The notes: a model not told the origin generated them from the letters alone. A stretch of DNA of 64,000 nt from Prolixibacteraceae bacterium (GCA_963666575.2 CAXXYG010000013.1:32099-96098), one strand, 5' to 3'; shown: positions 31,120 through 41,369, counted from the stretch's first letter. Made by a program: numbers and translations.

Positions 31120-32289
31120 CTACAACAAATTTTCTTCAGCACTTTTAATTATTTTACGCGAAATGACCATTCGTAAAATTTCGCTGGTACCTTCACCAAT
31201 CTGTAATAAACGCTGGTCGCGGTAAAACCGTTCGATATGGTTTTCGCTGAGTAAACCGGCACCACCAAATATTTGTATGGCTTCATCGGTCACTTCTTTT
31301 GCCACTTCAGAACAATACAATTTAGCTATGGCCGATTGTTTTCCAAATTCAAATCCATTATCTTTTAACCAACAGGCATTATACAACGTATTCCGGGCAT
31401 TTTCGATTTTTACTTCCATATCGGCAAGCTTAAAAGCAACTGCCTGAAATTCGGCTATTTTTTTTCCAAATTGTTTCCGTTTAACCGCATATTGTGCAGC
31501 CATTTCGAATGCCCCCTGTGCACAACCTAATCCTAAAGCTGCAATTGACAACCGGCCATTATCAATGGTTTTGAGCATAATACGAATCCCTTTCCCTCGC
31601 TCGCCAAGAATGTTTTCCTCCGGCACTTTAACATTATCGTATTTAATATGGCCATTATCGGCTGCACGCCAAACAAGCTTGCCAGTCATTGGTTTGGAGG
31701 TAACACCCATCGAATTATTCTCAACCAAAATGGCTGAGATCTCCTTTTTACCTCCTGCCCTTGCTCCTGTAATTGCAGCAACAGTAATACCTTTACTTAA
31801 GGCTGAACTACCGTTGGTGATAAACAACTTAGAACCGTTTATATTCCAAAAACCATTTCCCAAATCAGCGGTTGTTTCCAACCCCTGGACATCGGAGCCA
31901 GCATTTTTTTCAGTTAAACCAAAAGCCCAAAGATTTTCGCCATTACAAAGCGAAGGAATGTATTTACGTTTTTGTTCTTCGGATCCAAACTCTACAATTG
32001 GCCCAATACCCAACGAATTATGCGCAGCCACAGTGGCAGCGACAGATCCATCGACCCGTGCTAATTCTTCAACAGCAATTATATAACTTAACGTATCGTA
32101 ACCTCCACCTCCATAATTTCTGGGGGCATTGATCCCAAATACACCAGTTATACCCAATTTTTTAATCAAATCAACAGGAAACTCTTCGTTTTTATCGTAT
32201 TTTAAAATAACAGGTTTTATTTCCTTTTCAGCAAAAGCCCTGATTTTTTCCCTCAGCTTTGTATTTTTTTCTGTAATTAATACGTTCAT
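31120..32289 (-). CDS. acyl-CoA dehydrogenase (probable isovaleryl-CoA dehydrogenase from context)
   Basis: 389 aa with motifs GLTEKNAGSD, QIFGGAG and IGEGTSEI. It is adjacent to the methylcrotonyl-CoA carboxylase genes. Confidence 0.8.
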   Translation of the reverse strand: MNVLITEKNTKLREKIRAFAEKEIKPVILKYDKNEEFPVDLIKKLGITGVFGINAPRNYGGGGYDTLSYIIAVEELARVDGSVAATVAAHNSLGIGPIVEFGSEEQKRKYIPSLCNGENLWAFGLTEKNAGSDVQGLETTADLGNGFWNINGSKLFITNGSSALSKGITVAAITGARAGGKKEISAILVENNSMGVTSKPMTGKLVWRAADNGHIKYDNVKVPEENILGERGKGIRIMLKTIDNGRLSIAALGLGCAQGAFEMAAQYAVKRKQFGKKIAEFQAVAFKLADMEVKIENARNTLYNACWLKDNGFEFGKQSAIAKLYCSEVAKEVTDEAIQIFGGAGLLSENHIERFYRDQRLLQIGEGTSEILRMVISRKIIKSAEENLL

Positions 32290-32309
32290 ATTTAACTATC
32301 ACACAAATT

Positions 32310-34297
32310 TTAAAACTCTAACTCCACCAATAACTCATTCTCCTTCACCTGATTGCCTTCTTTTACTTTAATTTCTTTAACGACAGCATCGGCCGGACTA
32401 ACAATATGGTTTTCAATTTTCATGGATTCCAGAATAATCAAACTTTCACCTTTTTTAATCTTTCCTCCTTTTTTAGAATTTATTTTTATAATCCTTCCGA
32501 AAAAAGGAGCAACTATTCTACTGTCATAACTGTTTTTTGCCTGTTTTGTTTTAATAATTTTTGCCTCATTTAGCAGTCCGTTCGAAAATACCCGGAAATT
32601 TAAAGCCCCATATTGAATTAATGTACAATCATGACCTGGATAAACCTGGGCCATATATTTTTGATTTTCAACTAAAAAAACCAAATCATCCTGGTTTAAA
32701 CCAAAACTTTTCGACAAGGACTTGCTTATTGCCGGCAACAACATTAATTTTCTCACCATAGTTTGTACAAACTACTTTTTGAGGTGTGCCATTAATGGTA
32801 ATAATGAGAGATTGTGTGTTCTTTAAATTGCCAATCTGCAACCATACATTATCTGGTATAACTTTTTTAAGTTGAAAATGATAAATCAAATAAAAAATTT
32901 GCACAAAAAACTGTGCCTCAACAAACTGTTCGGTTAGTTTATAACTGAACCGATTATAATTATTTTCGATAAAATCTGTCGAAATTTGATTCTCTATATA
33001 TTCCTTTTCATTTAAAAGGTTAACCAAAAAAGGAATGGTATTCGGCAAGCCCAGCAATACCGTATTATTAAGTAAAAATTCAAGTTGTTTTTTTGCCATT
33101 TCACGTGATTCTCCAAATCCAATCAACTTTGCTAATAAAGCATCGTACTCGGCAGGTAAATGGTGTGGCAGTTGAAGGTGTGTGTCAATTCGGCTCCCCT
33201 CCATTTTTGGGAACTCAATTTTTACCAATTCACCTGAAACAGGAATAAAACTATTTAAGGGATTTTCGGCGTAAACTCTGGCTTCGATAGCATAACCACT
33301 AATTTTTATTTCCTCTTGACTATATGTGAGTTTATTACCTGAAACAATTAATAATTGTTCCTTAACAATATCAATACCGGTTACCTTTTCAGTTACACCA
33401 TGCTCCACCTGGATACGGGTGTTCATTTCGAGGAAATAAAAGTTTTTCATCAACATCAACAAGGAATTCAATGGTACCCACTCCCGAATAATTAACAGCC
33501 TTTCCAATTTTTAAAGCTGCCTGAATTAATTTAATTCGTAATTCTTCAGAAATTGAGCTGGCAGGGGCTTCTTCAATTATTTTTTGATGGCGACGTTGTA
33601 ATGAACATTCCCGATCAAACAGATGAATCAGGTTCCCAAAATTATCGCCCAATAACTGAATTTCGATGTGACGCGCATTTTTAATATACTTTTCAATGTA
33701 TAATTGCCCATTGCCAAAATAGGTTAATGCTTCACGATTAGCTTGTTCTATTTTTAAGCCTAATTCCCTATGATTTTCGACAATATACATTCCTTTACCA
33801 CCACCACCTGCTACTGCTTTTATGAGCAAAGGGAATTCAGGAATCGAGGAACCATTTATATTTGATTCTTTTGATAAAACCAAATTTTCCAATACTGGAA
33901 CACCACATTGCTGGGCTAATTTTTTAGCTTCCTTCTTATCCCCCATTTTTCGAATAGTTTGAGTTGAAGGGCCAATAAAAAGTAATCCATTTTGTTGACA
34001 GAGTTCAGCAAATCGGTCATTTTCTGATAAAAATCCATAACCCGGATGAACAGCATCACACTGTTCGTTTTTAGCCACCTCCACCATTTTTTCAGGAGAA
34101 AGATAAGTTTCGGATAAACTTTTATTACCCAAACTTACAGCTTTATCGGCTAATTGCACATGCAAACTATTACAATCGTTTGCGGTATAAGTGATAACTG
34201 TAATTACACCCAATTCTTTAGCCGAACGAGTAATTCGTGCTGCAATTTCACCCCTGTTCGCAATGAATAGCCTATTTATTTTGTTTCTACTCATCAC
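32310..34297 (-). pseudogene. methylcrotonyl-CoA (acyl-CoA) carboxylase alpha subunit: biotin carboxylase plus biotinyl domain, two frameshifts
   Basis: Three overlapping ORFs cover it: 33389-34297 (ATP-grasp, GGGGKGM), 32686-33507 (EMNTRIQVEHGVTE) and 32310-32759 (biotinyl domain, ESMKIEN). Frame changes are near 33440 and 32720. Confidence 0.78.
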
Positions 34298-35081
34298 GTT
34301 CAGAAGCCGTTTTTTTACTGATAAATTTTTCCAACCGCAAACTGGCTCCTTCAGAGTTTATCATTTTAATTAAATGCGTTAAAGTTTTGCTCAAATTTTG
34401 TTTTGTAACAAATTTGTTCCCCACCATCTGCCCCAAAGTTTTTATGTTTGTTTTAGCCTCGTTTCCACCCTCCGACAAATTACCAATCAATAAATCTGAA
34501 GTTTTTTTCATCTTTTTTTCTTTAACAACTTCCGATATCAACCCTATTTTTTTGGCAAAAGAAGCATTAAAAAATTCGCTTGTTAGCATCAATTGTTGAG
34601 CAGGTTTTACACCAGTTTTTTCAAAAACAAAAGGAGAAATTGTACTGGGGGCAATACCCAGATGGACTTCCTTAAATGCCAATCGTGTATTTTTAGTACT
34701 GATTACAAAATCGCAGGCAGCAGTTAATCCAATACCTCCACCTATAACCAAACCATGGATTTGAGCAATAGTGGGTTTTGGGCAATTATACAACGACCAT
34801 AAAACCTGAGGCAAAATATTAAGTTGTTCTTTTTGTTTTTCAACAGGTAAATCGCGCAATCCTGCAAACCAGGAAATATCGGCTCCGGCACAAAATGACT
34901 TTCCTTTTCCTGAAATTACCAATACTTCAACAGTATCATTTGTAGAAACTAATTTAACAACCTCGTTTATTTCAACGAGCATTTGATAATTTAAGGCATT
35001 GTGAACCAAAGGCCTGTTAAGCTTTAAAACTGCTTTTCCAACCTTCTCTTTATAGGTGATATATTCAAATTTGTTTTCCAT
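34287..35081 (-). CDS. enoyl-CoA hydratase/crotonase family (probable methylglutaconyl-CoA hydratase from context)
   Basis: 264 aa with crotonase motifs GKSFCAGADI and GLVIGGGIGL. It overlaps the mccA start by 11 nt. Confidence 0.78.
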   Translation of the reverse strand: MENKFEYITYKEKVGKAVLKLNRPLVHNALNYQMLVEINEVVKLVSTNDTVEVLVISGKGKSFCAGADISWFAGLRDLPVEKQKEQLNILPQVLWSLYNCPKPTIAQIHGLVIGGGIGLTAACDFVISTKNTRLAFKEVHLGIAPSTISPFVFEKTGVKPAQQLMLTSEFFNASFAKKIGLISEVVKEKKMKKTSDLLIGNLSEGGNEAKTNIKTLGQMVGNKFVTKQNLSKTLTHLIKMINSEGASLRLEKFISKKTASERDE

Positions 35082-35083
35082 AA

Positions 35084-36649
35084 CTACATCCTAAAAATGC
35101 CATAATTGGGGGCTTCAAATTTTTTGTTTAGTGTAACAGAAATTGCCAGAGCCAATATTTTACGGGTATCAGCAGGATCAATAACACCATCGTCCCACAC
35201 TCGTGAAGTGCTGTGCAGGGCGGTTTCTTCCTCTTTAAATTGGTCAATCAGTACCTCTGCTTTTTTATTTCCGACACTTTTAAGTACCATTTCTGCTTGT
35301 TCGCCGCCCATCACCGATATCCTGGAATTGGGCCACATAAACAAAAAGTTTGGGTCAAATGCCCGTCCTGCCATAGCATAATTCCCAGCCCCATACGAAT
35401 TCCCAAATACCAATGTCAGTTTTGGAACCGTAAGATTTGCAACTGCATGAATAAATTTTGCTCCATCGCGTGCAATTCCTCCATGTTCAAATGTTCTTCC
35501 TACTACAAATCCGGTAATATTCTGTAAAAACAAAACAGGTGTCTTGCGCTGATTACAAAGCTGTACAAAGTGTGCCCCCTTTAGCGAACTTTCAGAAGTC
35601 AAAAAACTATTGTTTCCAATAATTCCAACGGGAAAACCCATTATATGGGCAAAACCAGTTATCAATGATTTACCATATTCAGCTTTAAATTCTGAAAATC
35701 GACTACCATCAACAATCCGGGCAATTAATTCGTGTACATCAATCTGTTTTTTTGAATCATCAGATATTAAACCATACAATTCTGATACATCATAAATGGG
35801 TTCATCTATTGATTTTGTTTCTAATACCTGTTTATCTGGTTGTGAAAATGAAGCAACACAATTTCGGCATATTTTAATGGCTTCAATATCGTCGGCTGCA
35901 AGGTGGTCTGCTACACCCGAAATTTTCGTATGAACATCGGCGCCACCCAATTCCTCCGCAGTAACTTCTTCGCCGGTAGCGGCTTTAACCAACGGAGGGC
36001 CACCTATAAAAATAGTGGCCTGATTTTTTACCATAATAGTTTCATCACTTAACGCAGGAACATAAGCTCCCCCTGCTGTACATGAACCCATTACTACTGA
36101 AATTTGTGGTATTCCGGCTGCCGACATTTGTGCCTGATTGTAAAAAATGCGGCCAAAATCAAATCGGTCGGGAAAAACACTGGCTTGCTCAGGCAAATAT
36201 ATTCCACCTGAATCAACTAAATAAATACAGGGCAAATGGTTCTGAAAAGCAATTTCCTGAGCCCTGATGTGTTTTTTAATGGTTTCTTTAATGTAAGTGC
36301 CACCTTTAACAGTAGCATCGTTGGCCACAATAATACATTCTCTTCCATTAACCAGTCCGACACCTGTAACTATCCCAGCTGATGGGAATTCATCGTTATA
36401 CTGCCCCAAAGCAGCCATAGGTGATAACTCAAGGAAGGGTGTATACTCATCGATTAACAAATTAATACGTTCGCGTGCCAATAATTTTCCACGCAATTGG
36501 TGTTTCGAAATAGCCGCTGAATTACCATGTACCAAAGTTTTATCCAACTGCTCATTATAGTCGTGAAGCAATTGTGAGTATTTTTCGAAATTTATTTTAA
36601 ATTCCTGCTTATTTGTATCCAGTTTTGATACAATCGGAGGATATGCCAT
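35084..36649 (-). CDS. methylcrotonyl-CoA carboxylase beta subunit (carboxyltransferase)
   Basis: 521 aa, a two-domain carboxyltransferase (VANDATVKGGT, GSCTAGGAYVPA, GNSYGAGNYAM). It ends 2 nt before the hydratase gene. Confidence 0.85.
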   Translation of the reverse strand: MAYPPIVSKLDTNKQEFKINFEKYSQLLHDYNEQLDKTLVHGNSAAISKHQLRGKLLARERINLLIDEYTPFLELSPMAALGQYNDEFPSAGIVTGVGLVNGRECIIVANDATVKGGTYIKETIKKHIRAQEIAFQNHLPCIYLVDSGGIYLPEQASVFPDRFDFGRIFYNQAQMSAAGIPQISVVMGSCTAGGAYVPALSDETIMVKNQATIFIGGPPLVKAATGEEVTAEELGGADVHTKISGVADHLAADDIEAIKICRNCVASFSQPDKQVLETKSIDEPIYDVSELYGLISDDSKKQIDVHELIARIVDGSRFSEFKAEYGKSLITGFAHIMGFPVGIIGNNSFLTSESSLKGAHFVQLCNQRKTPVLFLQNITGFVVGRTFEHGGIARDGAKFIHAVANLTVPKLTLVFGNSYGAGNYAMAGRAFDPNFLFMWPNSRISVMGGEQAEMVLKSVGNKKAEVLIDQFKEEETALHSTSRVWDDGVIDPADTRKILALAISVTLNKKFEAPNYGIFRM

Positions 36650-37043
36650 ATGTTATAAAATAAAAGACTTATAAATCTTTCTATATGACAACTACAGGGA
36701 TTTTTGGTTCATTTTAAATAACTATTTAGAAAACTTTTTTTATCGCCTTGCTATTTCAGAAAATAAAATTCCGAAAATTAAAAAGTAAAAGTGTAAAGTT
36801 CCTTAATCAATTCAAAAAGGAGGCAGATAACATCTTAATTATTCTTTGAAATTGCAATTAGAGTATTACTACTATTGTTGCATATTGCACGGCCTAATTT
36901 TATCAATTCCGGAAGCAAAACCTTAAGTTAGGGATTAGGAGAAGTTCCGAAGAATTGAGGAAAGGAGGCAGGAAGTTCAATCGAATTCCTTAAAAAACAC
37001 TTCACCGGAAATTCAATTTGATTCAAGTTTCTTTCATCGAAAT

Positions 37044-37090
37044 AAAAAACTCAACGGCCTCTGTTGTTAAATAAATAAACAACAGAGGCT
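37044..37090 (-). terminator. terminator-like hairpin downstream of the MFS transporter gene
   Basis: Perfect 11-bp stem gcctctgttgt / acaacagaggc with an A/T loop. On the minus strand a T-rich tract (gttgagtttttt) follows. Confidence 0.5.
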
Positions 37091-37134
37091 GTTAAAAAAG
37101 CGATAACCAAGAGTTTAAAAACAAGGTGGAATAA

Positions 37135-38460
37135 CTATTTCTTAAGAACCAGTTTTTCAATCTCTTCCAACGATTTGCCTTTGGTTTCGATAAGGGCAAA
37201 CCTGTAGAAAAGAATACTAATTAATGTTGCCACAACAAAAAAGATAAACACATTCCCAACTCCAATTGCTCCTGCAACAATTGGGAAAAGTAGCGCAATT
37301 ACAACATTAAAAAACCAATGAGAAAATGAACCTATTGCCATTCCCTGGGCACGCACGCTGTTGGGAAACATTTCGGAAAGAATTACCCAAATAACGGCTC
37401 CTTGCGAAAAGGCAAAAAAGGCAATATAGCCTATTAACAAAATCACCAAAATGTAACCGGTAGTATTCCCTGAAATAAATGCCCAGCTAAAAATGCCTAA
37501 AAAAATGACCATTCCAACCGAACCTATATACAACAATATTTTACGGCCAAATTTATCAATAACCGACATGGCTATAATGGTAAAAATAAGATTAGTAAAA
37601 CCTATAAGTACGGACTGTAATAAAGCTGCTTCTCCCGAAAATCCGGCCTCCCTGAAAATATCGGTGGAATAGTACATGATTACATTGATGCCGGCAAACT
37701 GATTAAACATACCAACTCCAATTCCTATTAATACCAATCGCATATATTTTCGTTTGAATAGAGAAACTTTTTTAAGTTCGCCTTCTTCTTTAAGCGAATC
37801 CTGAATTGAATCGTATAATACATCTACTTCATCGGCAGGAGTTAGCCTTTTAATTACCTCAAGAGCTTCATCATCTTTCCCAACTTTCACTAACCAACGT
37901 GGGCTGCGTGGAATCATAAATAACAATCCCCACAAAATTGCGGAAGGAAAAACACCGGCTAAAAACATCCAGCGCCAGCTGCCACCTAAAATACTATCGA
38001 TCATATAATCAGAGAAAAAAGCCACCAGAATACCTGTTACAATAGCCAATTGGCTTGTTGCTACCAGCTTTCCACGAATTTTTGCAGGCGATATTTCAGA
38101 AATATACATTGGAGTTAATACAGAAGCACCACCAACGGCCAATCCACCAATAAAACGGGCAGCAATAAAAATCCATAATTCAGTGGCTAAACCTGTTCCT
38201 ATCATCGATAATAAAAACAAAACAGCCATAATTTTTAACATATAGCGCCGGCCATATTTATCACCAGGTTTACCAATTAAGAGGGCTCCAAAAACACACC
38301 CAACCAAAGCTGTACTTACCACAATACCTTTCATGGCATCAGTAAGTTGGAAATAATCAGCTACATAATAAATAGCACCATTAATTACAGCAGTTTCAAA
38401 ACCAAACATTAATCCGCCTAAGGCAGCGACAAAAGTTACAAAGTACAAATAGCGTTTCAT
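37135..38460 (-). CDS. sugar porter family MFS transporter (XylE/GalP-like)
   Basis: Sugar-porter signatures are GFETAVINGA, GDKYGRR, PRSPRWL and PETKG-like IETKGKSLEE. The start is placed at the MKRYLYF ATG (38460). Confidence 0.85.
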   Translation of the reverse strand: MKRYLYFVTFVAALGGLMFGFETAVINGAIYYVADYFQLTDAMKGIVVSTALVGCVFGALLIGKPGDKYGRRYMLKIMAVLFLLSMIGTGLATELWIFIAARFIGGLAVGGASVLTPMYISEISPAKIRGKLVATSQLAIVTGILVAFFSDYMIDSILGGSWRWMFLAGVFPSAILWGLLFMIPRSPRWLVKVGKDDEALEVIKRLTPADEVDVLYDSIQDSLKEEGELKKVSLFKRKYMRLVLIGIGVGMFNQFAGINVIMYYSTDIFREAGFSGEAALLQSVLIGFTNLIFTIIAMSVIDKFGRKILLYIGSVGMVIFLGIFSWAFISGNTTGYILVILLIGYIAFFAFSQGAVIWVILSEMFPNSVRAQGMAIGSFSHWFFNVVIALLFPIVAGAIGVGNVFIFFVVATLISILFYRFALIETKGKSLEEIEKLVLKK

Positions 38461-38606
38461 TATCGATAAAAAGTTAGTTATAGTATAATTCCAAAGATAA
38501 ACATTCATCAGGAATCTCCTAACTTTAAAATATTAACTAAAATTAAAAATGAAGAAAAATAAATTGTATGCCCGTTCTTGCAAGTGATAGCCAGAGGTAA
38601 TTCAAA

Positions 38607-38906
38607 TTATAGAAAACGTTTGATAACTTTTATTAATTCTTTTGATGTTTTTACACCAGTGCCAGTCCAAACTGGTTCACCACTTTTAAAAACCATTATT
38701 GTAGGAATACTTTTTATATTGTATTTGGAAGCGATATAAGGGTTTTTATCGACGTTTACTTTTATAATCCTCACACTTTCAGCACTCTTACTTTTTACTT
38801 CTTTTAAAATTGGTGCAATTTGTTTGCAAGGGGCACACCATTCGGCATAAAAATCAACCAATACCGGCTTTTCAGATTTAACTATATTGGCAAAACGGCT
38901 TATCAT
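38607..38906 (-). CDS. trxA: thioredoxin
   Basis: 99 aa with active site WCAPCK. Confidence 0.88.
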   Translation of the reverse strand: MISRFANIVKSEKPVLVDFYAEWCAPCKQIAPILKEVKSKSAESVRIIKVNVDKNPYIASKYNIKSIPTIMVFKSGEPVWTGTGVKTSKELIKVIKRFL

Positions 38907-39118
38907 TTAATATTTTTCTTTCTATTTATAAAATCAGAGATAAAATCTCCAATCAAATAACCAACTACACTACCCCAAAGGGTACTCCAATACCAAACTG
39001 ATTTTATAGCACATGTACCACTTTCGCAACCAACAAAATACCAGTATAAAAAGCCTCCGGTCGCGCCCAGAAGTAAAAAAATAATTTGAATTCTTTTTGA
39101 TTTGATTTTTTCTTTCAC
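38903..39118 (-). CDS. small two-TM membrane protein with a CESGTC motif (DUF6132-like?)
   Basis: 71 aa with two hydrophobic helices flanking GCESGTCAIK. Its stop overlaps the trx start (ATGA), implying translational coupling. Confidence 0.5.
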   Translation of the reverse strand: MKEKIKSKRIQIIFLLLGATGGFLYWYFVGCESGTCAIKSVWYWSTLWGSVVGYLIGDFISDFINRKKNIK

Positions 39119-39416
39119 TCGAATTACTTCTATTAATGATATTTTCTATCATTGTTTAACCGACATTTTAGATGTTGATTGTGTAATTTTTTGTGCCTGA
39201 TTATTTTAACAAAAAACAGGAAGTATAGTTTGATTTCTATTAATCAATAAATCCTATAACACATAGATAAAGACAATAGAGCTAGCTTTTTTTTATAAAC
39301 TTGTTAAAGCTAGATGTCAATTATGCTTATAATTACTTGAAATACTGCACTTAATAATTACAATAGATTGTAACTTTTTCACATATCAACTCACACTGAT
39401 TGCAACCACGTCACAA

Positions 39417-39446
39417 TCGTCCCTCTCTACGTGTAGAGAGGGACGA
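39417..39446. repeat. perfect 14-bp inverted repeat (hairpin/palindrome)
   Basis: tcgtccctctctac-gt-gtagagagggacga lies in the 490-bp divergent intergenic region. Confidence 0.8.
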
Positions 39447-39607
39447 GTCATAAAATTGAATAGAATCGATAAAATATCATATATTTCATTTAACTTTTGA
39501 CAACTTCAATTAATACTTATCACTTTCATCAAAAAAAACTGATAATTTTTAAACATTAAAACAATATACTATTTTAGTGATTTTAGTTTAAACCTATTGA
39601 TCCTAAA

Positions 39608-41359
39608 ATGAAATATTTTATTCATATTATCTGTTTATTTTTTTGTGCTTTTTCGCTAACAGCGCAACAGTTGCCAATTAACAATTCACTAATTCGCTCA
39701 TTTAAACCCGATTTTTCATCAGCCATCCGGCACTTTGACCTGGATAATGACGGCGATCCGGATATCATTAAATCATTTATCAATGATACTATCCCAATCA
39801 TCTGGATTGACGATGACGATGACATGGGCACCGCCGATACAGAAGGCGACCTCGATAACGATTGTTTGTTGGTTGACAGGAATAATGACGGTATTTTTGC
39901 CGGCCCTTATGATTTAAGCCTCGACTGGGTGGATAATAATTCAGATGGAACTGCCGACATGCAGGTTATAGTCGAAAACAGTAATCCCAATATTACTAAT
40001 TATTGGGAATGGTCAAGCAATTACATGTGGATAATCGACGATGAAGATGATCAGGAGTTTCATTATGTAAACTGGAAGAACCTGGTACTTCGCGCCTGGG
40101 AACATTCGGGCTCAACCAATTTTTATGAAGATTATCATGGGCAAACCTTATTCCAGAAAGCCCACAATCCCCAGTTACCGGTTTAGCGACCTACGTTACA
40201 GTTGGGAAAATCCATTTTTATTTTATGATACTGACGGCGATGAACTTACTGAAATAGCCATTCGTTTTGAAGACAGTTGTGAATTTGAAAAGGAAAAATC
40301 TTCGGATAATAAAAAGGTAGATATAAAACCTACAGCCATGGTCGATCACACATACATGAGCTTCGACCTTGATAATGACAATGGTCCTGCCAATGAATTT
40401 GATTTTGATATGAGTATCTATTTTTCCGGTGAAGGTTTTTCATATGCCAATCAGGTTCATCAATTTGATAATATGAGAGGCCTTCCTGAAGCAAATAATT
40501 TGTTTTTTGATGACCGCTGGCGGAAAATGGACGAATTAATTTATACCGACCACGATTCGGCCTGGCTCTTTGTTTTTGAAAAAGGCAAGTGGGATGCCTG
40601 CTGGTTTGTTTTTGACGAAGACGATTGATTGTGAGCGTTGGGAACGTGTAGAATTCTACCAGCCTAAAAAATCCATTTAAAATTGGAATGAACAAAGGAG
40701 GGATAGATAATAATCCTCAAGCCGATGCAACTGGCGACCGCGGCGAATGGGATATGGATAATTCGGGGAAAGGAAACCTGTACATTGGTTTTGATGGAAA
40801 AATCCATCCTATTTGGCGCTGAAAAAGGCTATTGGCGAATCGATCAGGATGCTGCTTCGTACCAGGGTTGGGGTGGCTTATATGCCGGAAAATATGAACG
40901 TGACCAATCAAATCCTGAAAAATTCCCAACTATAGGTTATGAAGACACCAATGGCGATGGATTTTTTAACCTTATAAAATTCGATATGGATGGCGATACC
41001 TTATTCGAACAGTCATTTAATTTGTGATCGATTATGGCATCAATAGTACCGTCGAAACATACAATACAGGCTCAAAACCACCCGAAAAATTAAATGATTT
41101 ATTCAAATCGGCAACCGAAAAAAACTGGGAAAATGCACTTGAGGCTGTTGAGGCAGCCAAACGTTTAAATATCAATTACAAATGGTACAACCGGTTTTTA
41201 AATCCTAAAAGTCTGAATGAAAAATACCAGTATGCCTGGTGGTTTCAATATTACCTGTTCACAGATTTTATGGAAGCGGCAAAACTTCAAAAAAATGTTT
41301 TATTAAAAAAATCTATTGTAAAAGCTTATTTTACAGGTGATTGGAAAAACGTAAAATAA
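39608..41359 (+). pseudogene. secreted Asp-rich (DxDxDG-type, calcium-binding-like) protein of unknown function, three frame disruptions
   Basis: Four consecutive ORFs (39608-40186, 40125-40628, 40725-41027, 41024-41359) read as one about 580-aa protein. It has a signal peptide and DLDNDGDPD, DRNNDGIF, NNSDGTAD, DTDGDELTE and DTNGDGFFN motifs. Confidence 0.55.
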
Positions 41360-41369
41360 TAATTACAAA

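Noticed and set aside
36905-37027. TTCCGGAA-like palindromes (ttccggaa at 36907-36914, ttccgaag near 36945) and a loose direct repeat lie upstream of the liu operon. The repeat is ggaagttcaatcgaattcc (36971-36989) and ggaaattcaatttgattca (37007-37025).
   Set aside because: The similarity is only about 15/19 with ambiguous alignment. The sites lie 260-380 nt from the mccB start and next to the MFS terminator. I cannot tie them to a known operator consensus, so the evidence is too weak for a regulatory call.
7829-41359. I considered an alternative genetic code or programmed recoding as the explanation for the six broken genes.
   Set aside because: The conserved peptide segments actually move between reading frames, so these are true indels and not just in-frame stops. 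TAA, TAG and TGA all terminate intact genes in the window. The number and spacing of shifts, up to 6 per kb, does not fit programmed frameshifting.
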